Positions 55,400 to 64,000 of a stretch of DNA of 64,000 nt are shown one piece after another. A program made the translations under genes and the position numbers. Each line of letters begins with the position of its first letter. Position 1 is the first letter of the stretch. This DNA is from the human T2T-CHM13v2.0 reference genome, Homo sapiens, in the NCBI RefSeq assembly GCF_009914755.1, contig NC_060940.1; one strand, 5' to 3'. The notes below the pieces were generated by a model. It was given only the letters and a program-made list of their open reading frames with translations, ran no database searches and was not told the DNA's origin.

Positions 55400-56160
55400 G
55401 AAAGACTAGGTTTGAATCTAGACTTCAATCACTTACTAGCTATGTTGCTGAGCAAGTTGTTCATCCTTACTGTGCCTATATTTTCACATATGTATGTTTG
55501 TGTGTACATATTTGTAAAATAGGGTATTCATGACACTTAGCTTGTGAGACTTAAAGGAGTTGATCTGTGTAAACCATTTGGAGTGGTGTCTGGCGTATTG
55601 CTAGTGTACACAGTGAGTGCCCAGGAAGGATGACTATAACTATTACTTTGAGAAATTAATGGCTTGCTTGTTTCTAGGCACTTGTCTTTTCCAAGCTCAT
55701 CTGGGACCACATTCTATGACTGCCTAGTAGCCGGTCAGTGCAGTCAAAAAGTTTCATGCTGCAGAAGTTGCAAGCACCAGGAATCGCGCAAACAGAGGAA
55801 GCATAGTTTAGCTGAGCAACATCTCTGGCCTGCTAAAATGAAGGTCTCTTCTGTACCATCTGCCTCATTCTATGTATCAGCGAAATGATAAGCATGATAG
55901 CCCTACTCCATCATGGATTGGTAAAGGGGATTACATGAAATTAAATGAATGCTGGTGCTTGTGCTGGGTTGAGTGTTTGGCATTTATTCTGCCATTTAAT
56001 CATCAGCCATCTGATGCAGGCATTGCTATGATTCCCATTTTAAAGATGTGAAAGCTGAGGCTCAAGTGGTTTTGCAAGTTTTCCAGTCACGCACATGTAA
56101 TAATCTGCAGGATTCAAACCAAAGCCTTAGTCCAAATGAATCGGTGTTTATAACAATAAC
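55400..56160. mobile_element. Cluster of MIR fragments (both strands)
   Basis: ctaggtttgaatctagacttc..acttactagctatg (+); attcccattttaaagatgtgaaagctgaggctc (-). Confidence 0.65.
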
Positions 56161-56789
56161 CTTGGGTTGCGTCCAAATGCTAGGGCAGATGGAGCCTTGA
56201 ATGAGAGTCAGCTGGTCTCATCTCCTCTTGCTCCTGATCTAGAAATAAGATGAGACAAACACAAGGCCATTCAGTAAACTGAAGAGCTGCCTCCTCACAA
56301 CAGGTCAAGTGCTACGTCGAGGTCTGCTTGTTCCTTAATCTGCAGAAGGCCAATGAGAACATCACTGAAAGGGTGGATCCATCTCTCTCAGTAGTGCCAT
56401 TTCAAGAGAAGTTCTGGATTTTTTATCCTTAAAAACACAGATCACTATGAATTTCTGAGAGACTCACTTGCATGGCAGGTGCTCTGGGCCACTCATTTCA
56501 TGAGTGCTTATTAGAACTGTGCATTTTTTAAACACTTGATACAAGTATCAACATCTGAAAATAGGTGCTCTAAAATGATAGGTGCTTGTTTTTGTAATTG
56601 TCAACACTAGAAGGCTATTGCTGGATCCAATTACATGTAGAAAGCCTTTAAATAGAAGAGGAGGGATTTTTTACATGGACAGGGGTTACCAGTTCTGTTT
56701 GATATCCCTAACAGTCAGCCACCCTGGAACACAGAAGCTCTCCTTTGCTCTAACGTGTTTGGTTCTTAATTATTCAAAAAGGCTTAATG

Positions 56790-57035
56790 ATTAATGGTGT
56801 GGAATGTACAGTCAGATTTTTACATTTAAATGTCAGATTCCCCACTTAAGATCGGTGTGAACTTGGGCAGGATATTTAACTTTTCTGTGCCTCAATGTCC
56901 TCTTCTAGAAAATGGGCATAGTTTGTGGTACCATCATCATAGGGCTATGTAAGGAACATATCAATTAATATATACAAAGTGCTCACCACAGAACCTTGCA
57001 TGTAGGAAGTGCTCAATAAACATTCACTATTATTG
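56790..57035 (+). mobile_element. MIR, near full length
   Basis: gtgaacttgggcagg...tctgtgcctcaatgtcctc...gtgctcaataaac. Confidence 0.8.
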
Positions 57036-57589
57036 AGTAAATTTCTGTAATCCTAGAATATTTTAATTTTAGGTATGGCTACTATAGAAAAATTAAAATG
57101 TAAATATGAAAAAATGTACATAAAATATACAGACATTTCTGTATTTAGATATCAGGTATGTTGAAAACAGATCTGGGCTTCCAATGGTTTACATTTGAGC
57201 AGGAAAGACAGATAAATAGTTAATTGCGTCACTCCATACATCCCCTGAGAGATGCAACAGAATGCTATTGGAGATGAAGAAGAAAGAGGAAACTCTTTGA
57301 GGGAGTCGGGAAAGTATTTCTGGAGGTTGTAATAGATGAGCTAAGTGAACCAGGAAAGTAAAACAAATAGAAAGGCATTCCAAGAGAATCAAAGGCAAAA
57401 AGACATAAAAAATCTGGTACATTTGATGAACGTATATTTGATATGATTAGAGGACTGGGAAGAGGGCATGAGTGTGTGAACACAGGCTACAGAAGCAACC
57501 TGGGGCTGAGTGAGGAGGTCTGGGCCTCACCATAATTGTGCACTCTCTCTCATGGTGTTTCTTTGGGGTATGCAGTAAGAGCTCTCAGT

Positions 57590-57830
57590 GATAGAACTGT
57601 GCTGCCTCTCCATAGAGATATAAAGGCTTGTTCTTAAACCCTTGTTCTGCCATCTCCCAGCTATGGGCAGATTCCATATTCTTTCAGCCTCAACACTCTT
57701 CTCTGTAAAATGGGGATGATGGTAATGTACCTATCTCAAAGGGTTTTGCGAAGATTAATGACATAATAATTTACGTAAATCCTAAAGCCTAGTGTTCTTA
57801 CATGTTAGTGATTTTGAATTTTAATATTAC
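57590..57830 (+). mobile_element. MIR
   Basis: ttctctgtaaaatggggatgatggtaatgtacctatctcaaagggtt. Confidence 0.75.
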
Positions 57831-58574
57831 CAGTGACAAAATCAATGAGACATAGCTCTTAAGCATTAGTCAAGATTACAGCCAAAAGCCAGTGTCTAAG
57901 CTTATGGTATTTTTTTTTTTTTAGATAAGCTGCCCTTTAAAAAATACATGTGTTTTGTATATTTTGTTTTTTACTTTCCTGTTTTTTCTTTTTTTTTTTT
58001 TTCTCCAAGTGAATGGACGTTACCTTTCCCCAGAGCCTGACAGGGAATCTGATTATTTTTTCCTCCAGAGCAATTGCTAATGTTATCATTATCCATTCAG
58101 TGAATAGCATTTGGCCACTTCAGAAGCATTTTCCCACTTCCATGTAAATGGTATGATTAGATGTGAAAGGTAATCTTGAGTGCTGCCATGTTATGACATT
58201 AAAATAGTAATTCAATTGTTAGCAACCCCTCACAAATAACTATCCAACCCACTTGTATTTAATACCTCAGCGTCCTTGCATGCCTTTCCTTTTTGAAACA
58301 CAAAGCAGTATTGATTTCTCTTCATAACCAACTAAAAAGTGCTTTGAGCACTGTTATCATTTCATTATCCAGCAGTAAATAAGGAAAATAACCTGCAAAA
58401 ATGAAAAACAAGTCGATGGGTTACTTTTATCCTTTTCCCTGCAAAACTCAAATGCAGACAAGAATGACGTTTTGATAGATTTAAATGTCTTTATATTTGA
58501 AGATGCCTTGGCAGTCATCACGAAAGGAAGCTTGTTGTAGTGAAAAGCTGTGGGCGTAGAAATGGAAGCCCTGG

Positions 58575-58951
58575 TGTGATTAGTCTGCTCAGGCTGCCAT
58601 AACAGAATACCACGGGCTGGGTGGTTTAAACAGAAATTTATCTTCTCACAGTTCTGGAGGCTAAAGGCTCAATATGAAGGGGTCTACGGGGTTGGTTTCT
58701 GGTAAGGCTTCTCTCCTTGGGTTGCAGATGGCTACCTTCTCGCTGTGTCCTCACTGGGTCTTTCCTCTGTGCATATGACTTCTGGTGTCTCTTTTTCTTA
58801 TGAGGATGCCAATCCTATTGGAATAGGTCTCTACCTTTATGACCTCATTTTACCTTAATAACTTCCTAAAAGGCCCTATCTGCCAATACAGTCACAGCAG
58901 GTTTAGGGCTTCCACATATGGACTTGGGGGAAAACAATTCAGTCCATAACA
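58575..58951 (-). mobile_element. MLT1B-like MaLR solo LTR inside a MIR
   Basis: caggctgccataacagaataccac...caattcagtccataaca; TSD cctgg/cccag. Confidence 0.88.
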
Positions 58952-59784
58952 CCCAGTTTGAGAACCAGCTCTGTCACTTATTGGTCATACAACCTTAGGG
59001 AAAGATATTGGCCCCTTTCTGTGGGAATCTTATTTCTCAAATATACAGAAAGGAGTCAGACAATACCCATGATTTGTAAACTTTTTGAATGCGTTGTAAA
59101 TACATCTTAGAAAGAAAAGCAAGTGTATGTATAAGTGCATATATTTATTTTTCTGAAACAAAGAAGTATTTCCTACTGCAGTGAGTTTGGAGAAATTTTT
59201 AAATCAGGTTATTACCCCCCTCCTTTCTCATCTAGGAAGCCAGGAGTCTGTGAAAAAGAGTTAGGAACCTCTGAGTGTGATGTGAGAAGCTTCTGTTATC
59301 CTTGTCTTCAATAAATCAGCCTTGCCTTAACTGTCTCCTCTAACCAAATGCCTTCATACAACTGACCGTCAAAGACCTCATTTATTTTCTGCTGCCCAGC
59401 ACTATCTTCCCTCCAAAACACTTTTTGGAGACCTCCACTCAGAATTTTCTCTGTGCCATTGCAGTGGCAAATTTCCTTTGTCTGCCTTGTGATAAGGGCA
59501 TGTGAATGTGATTCTCTTATGCACTAGATTTGAAGCCATTGGAAGACAAAAGAAGCCCAAATTGCAGACCAGTTCAGCTTTGAAACCAAATTGCAGACCT
59601 TAGCATGTTGAATACATGTGTCCAAGAGTATGAATTGGGATGGGGTGGTGAGTATAGATTAAAGGGGATAGTAGCCACCTATATACCTTTCTTTCTCCTG
59701 TTGCAAAAGAAAGAAGTACTAGCTCTTTATCAAAGAGAATTTCTCAATAGTGGTCCAAGATCCTTTTAAGACCAAAGGAAATAT

Positions 59785-60281
59785 TCTTGCTGCTCTTGTG
59801 ATGTCCCCCTACTTGCAAACTAACCAGTGAACCTGTCCCTGTTTCATGGATGCTGGAAGAAGACACAATTTCTAGGTCAGAGACAAAGACTCTTATTAAT
59901 CAGAACATGGCAGGCTTCAGAAGCTTCATGTTCTTGCCAGTTCCCCTTCTCCCATAAGTCCTGGGGGAGTGATGTGGAGTGGCCCTGATGGACATAGTAC
60001 ACACAGTGGGCTTGTATCACACTAGAGGACATCCAGCTTAAGAAACCCTCAATCTTGTAAAAGGTCTCCTGGTAAACCTGCCTGCCTTTGGCACAGAAGA
60101 GGACATTATTTTTATTTTCCTCCTGAGAAAAGAAAGAAATCTTCCTTCTGTCTTGGTATCTTCCAGGGTTGTTCTTTGTTCAAATATTCTTGAAGAGTTA
60201 GTCCATGACAAAAACTGTCATAAGATAGAATAGTTTACATTGTGAAAGAATTATTATAGATAATCCCTTATTCTCCAAGCA
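59785..60281 (-). mobile_element. ERVL LTR (MER74/MER54/LTR53-like)
   Basis: ctacttgcaaactaac...gtttcatggatgctggaagaagacac...ggtcagagacaaag. Confidence 0.65.
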
Positions 60282-60544
60282 TGTCTCAGCAAATTCCTCC
60301 AGATCTGCCTCTTGCTCCATTCTTCAGACAAACGCTGTAGGACTGTTCCTTCCTCATGTCTTACCGATTTCTTCTTTTGTCTACAGAGTGATGAACAATT
60401 GGAATGGACTGCCTGCCTGTTTCTTTGCTTTCTTATCCATTTTAAAATGTTTTTCTTCTGAGAAAAAAGAGAAATCTCAGTTGGTCCCCCAGTGCTGCTC
60501 TGACCAAGTTCCTGAGACCTATCTTGAGGCCAGTGTTGTTCTAA

Positions 60545-60895
60545 TGTTGTAGTACTATCTCCTTAGTTCAGCTAAAGACAGGGGTGGGGTCCTTGTCACA
60601 GAGCCACAAAAAATTAGGCTTGCAGATGATTTGAAGTGGGAGAAAAATGAAATGTACTGGGTGGAAAGGAAGAAAAGAGAAACAGGGACTCTCCACAAAG
60701 CCAGAGTGAGAATCTTGTTAGTATATGCTTCCCACTTGGCAGATTAAATTTCAGGTTCCACCCAGGAAGAGAAGGGGCCAGGATCCTCCCCACTGTGAAT
60801 GGTGTGAACTTCTGTGGCTCCACCCCGTGCACACTTCTCCCAGTGTGCACCTGATTGGAGTTTCTCTGAGGACCCCTTCCTACCTGGCTGTCTCA
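60545..60895 (-). mobile_element. MER61-like ERV1 solo LTR
   Basis: ccttagttcagctaaagac...cctggctgtctca; perfect TSD ctaa. Confidence 0.85.
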
Positions 60896-61414
60896 CTAAG
60901 ATGCTACTTTTGTAGAAGGAATGGAAATAAAACAGATCAGGAAATATTTGCCTAAAGGGCATTGCAAAGGGGGGAAAAAAGCCTTTTTCAGAACCCAATC
61001 AGATTCATTTTTTTAGAATAGATATAGACAGATGGTAACTATGGAAGTGACATACAAGTGACCAAGCAACAGCCAAGAAATGCAGGATTAATGGGGCACA
61101 TTCTACTGCTTATGTAGAATAAGGTGTAGAAGTTTCACTGTCCCTGCAACTTCTATGACCCTTCACTTCCTAAACATGGAAAATGAAACCATTTCCCAAT
61201 TGCCTGCCCACTACTAGATTGTTGTAGCTATGGAAATAAACAGATTTGAACCAAAACCCTCTTTAAATGTAAATCTTAGCAATAGCTAAGCACTGCTTTG
61301 TAGGCCAAGCATTAAATTGTGTCATTGTCCAATACCTGCATTTATTTCCTAGGGTAATTGCCTACACTGACTTAAAATGTTTGAGAAGTGAAAGGAGAGT
61401 CATACTCCACATTT

Positions 61415-61698
61415 CTAGAGTCCAAACTAGAAAGTCAAAAGTCACCAGCAGAAAATCGAAATGAATAAGTGGGCTGGGAGTGGTGAAGCCTGTGGAACAC
61501 TTGACAATATAAGCCTCACTGGAAGGCAGAAACTATTCATCTCTAATTGAAATTTGCTGTGTAGAAATGTTGGCTCAATGTTGGCAGATCTTCTGACCTG
61601 TCAAGGTAATTGATACGGGGGCTTTCAATTGAAATGTAAATTTCAGTTTGATAACTAATTCAATATCTGAAAACATTGAGAGCACCAAAGAACATATC
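61415..61698 (+). mobile_element. MER102-like hAT-Charlie relic
   Basis: gggagtggtg..cctgtgg, tgttggcagatcttctga, aactaattcaa. Confidence 0.6.
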
Positions 61699-61699
61699 T

Positions 61700-62405
61700 A
61701 TCTTACTTGCTATGACTTCATGACAAAACAACACTAAAGTTAGTAGTTTTCAACAATAACGCTTATTTTGCTCACAAAACTGTAATTCAGGGATCAGTGG
61801 GGTCAACTTCTTTCCGGTCTACTAGGTCCAGTTGGGGTGGCTGGAAAGCTGGGGATAAGAATGTAGATGACGAGTTAATGGGTGCGCCACACCAACATGG
61901 CACCTGTATACATATGTAACAAACCTGCACGTTGTGCACATGTACCCTAGAACTTAAAGTATAATAATAATTTAAAAAGAATCATCTGAAGGTTTGCCTA
62001 CTCATGTTTAGAGGTCGGGCTGGGGAGATTTAAACAGCTGAAGACTCTTACAACATAGATTCCTGAAGTCATCTCTGCCTATCTCTATGTGGTCTTCCCA
62101 CATGGCTGCACAAGGTGGCTCCCAGGCAACCAGTCTTCTCACATATCAGCTTGGGGCAGATCAGGACCTCAAGAGAGACTTGCAGAAGTATTGCCTTTCA
62201 TAAACCAGCCTCAGAAGTCACTGAGCATTACTAGTACCATATTCCACCAGTACAGGCAGTAACAAAGGTCTACTAAGTTAAAGAAAAACATATATATAGC
62301 TCCCATCTCTTAATAGAGGAATCTGAATGTTATACTGTAAGAAGAGTATATAGGATATGATATGTATTGGTGAGCACATCTTTGTAAAATACCATTTGCT
62401 ATCAC
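61700..62405 (-). mobile_element. MLT1F/G-like MaLR LTR split by L1PA
   Basis: ttattttgctcaca, aatcatctgaagg, agcctcagaagtcac; ends tatcaca. Confidence 0.75.
61863..61976 (+). mobile_element. Very short L1PA (PA3-PA6-like) 3' end
   Basis: gacgagttaatgggtgc...tgtaccctagaacttaaagtataata; TSD aagaat. Confidence 0.93.
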
Positions 62406-63845
62406 ATCCGTATACTCATTGTCCACCTCTTGGCACCAGCTCATACTGAAGAAATATTGGCATGTTCTGGGATTTGAGAAAATAATGTTGAGCCTCTTCT
62501 AATGGTACATGAAAATTTCGTTTTCCTACTCCAACTTGGTTTGGCTGAATAACATGGCTCAACCTAGATATAGTCAACCATATGATTCCTTCCTGGAAAA
62601 GATTGTGGGCAGTCCTATTAGGGACTCAAAAATCTAGATAGCTGCTGTAATTAGTCCTGGATAATGTTCTAGAGCAGATCAGGAAGTTGTTTTAGACACT
62701 TAGAAGTAGAAGCATAAACAGAACAATTACTAAAATATTCCTCACAGTGAAGTGGGTCAAGGTGGAAAAGATAATTATATTTTTAGCTCCAAGTGGAAGA
62801 GGCAGGTTCTAAGCCAGAAATGGGAGGTAAAGCCAAAATATCAAGAGACAAGTCTGTAATGACAACAGATACCCAATGGGATACTTAAGGTGCCTGGCAT
62901 TGTGAAGAAGCATAAAGGGAGCAAGCAAAGAAGAAGAAATCTCTAAGGGGAACTTTATGAGAAAGCTGAAAATTCTTTTTGGAATCAACACCAGGGTATC
63001 CAACTCTACATCTTACTGTAGCCCAGCTACACGCTGTGAGCAAACGACATTACAGGTATTCTTGCTCATGAAAGCAGACAGCATTCAGGTGGATTTCTTG
63101 AGGCTCCTAAATTCAAAAGCTTCAAATCAGAGTCAAATGTTAATGGAGCTCATGTGCTCACATTACAAAAGAACTACAATGAGTTGCTGATGCAATTGGT
63201 GCACCCTATAGAAATGAGATTCTTACTCTGAATATCTGTTGCTCTCCCTATGCACCATCTCTATATAGATATTAATAGATATTATTTCTATATAAATATG
63301 TATCTAATTCTCAAAGGCAATGTAACTGATCACTACACTTTTTTTAAAAACTAAAAAAAAATTTAGGCTTAGGAGAGATAAATTATATAAGAACCTCAGG
63401 AGGAAAATCTTTATGAAATACTCATGTAAATTGCTTTATCTTGTTGTAGTGTTATTACTTTTCAGTGGTTATGTCTGATGTTAACATTTTCATTCAAGAT
63501 CCACTTCTTTGTTGTGCTCTGCTGGGGAAGGATGGATTGCTTTATTATATTGTGATCTGGCTTGGGAAAAATCCCACATAATGTGTTATTTTAAAAAATA
63601 CATATATGTAACAGAAATGCTTCATTTTGAATCAATTCTTATTGAAAACAAAATGTGATGTTTACTGTGATAATGGCAAAGCTAACTTCAAATTTTTTTC
63701 AATTATCTCTACCTTTGCTTGTAAATGTATTAATATGATGTTGAAGAGTGAGCAATAAGCCAAGAACAAGAAATCTTTGGTTCTATGCCCTCTCTATGAT
63801 GCTTATTCACAGAGTTTTACAGTCTTTTAGCCTCAGTTTTCTATT

Positions 63846-63859
63846 TTCTTTTCTTTCCT

Positions 63860-63911
<52 letters not shown>

Positions 63912-64000
63912 TTTTTTGAGACGGAGTCTCTCTCTGTCACACAGATTGGAGTGCAGTAGCGCGATCTCTGCTCACTGCAAGCTCTGCCTCCTGGGTTCAT
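63846..64000 (-). mobile_element. AluY-like with (TTTC)n tail, cut by window end
   Basis: gagacggagtctc...ctcactgcaagctctgcctcctgggttca. Confidence 0.9.

Noticed and set aside
60545-60895. p53 response element in the MER61-like LTR
   Set aside because: I see no paired RRRCWWGYYY decamers in this copy.

Overview
AT-rich primate (very probably human) non-coding DNA, either intergenic or deep intronic. I find no protein-coding exon, RNA gene or prokaryotic-type system. The ORF-track hits I examined are short chance frames or lie in repeats. Much of the window is interspersed repeat: Alu (J/S/Y and monomers), L1 3' fragments (L1PA, L1MA, L1MC/ME), L2, L3, MIR, a full-length THE1A MaLR provirus, many solo LTRs (MER66-, LTR8-, LTR16-, MER61-, MST-, THE1- and MLT1-like) and DNA-transposon relics (MER53, MER63, MADE1, Tigger2, MER5A, MER102). 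Family names come from recalled consensus sequences, not a database search. The most interesting structure is fine-scale: (1) a ~460-bp local templated insertion (16624-17079) copied from ~2 kb downstream into a MIR, flanked by 8-bp direct repeats; (2) a fold-back inverted duplication around a (TA)n tract at the donor site; (3) an L1PA insertion that appears to carry a 3'-transduced LTR8 fragment; (4) a 13-unit, 47-bp VNTR with a CAGCTG E-box in every unit and an AP-1 site in ten, next to a solo LTR and a strong splice donor; (5) a MADE1 element with an extended miR-548-like hairpin; (6) two twin-primed, 5'-inverted L1s. I could not identify the locus or any host gene.
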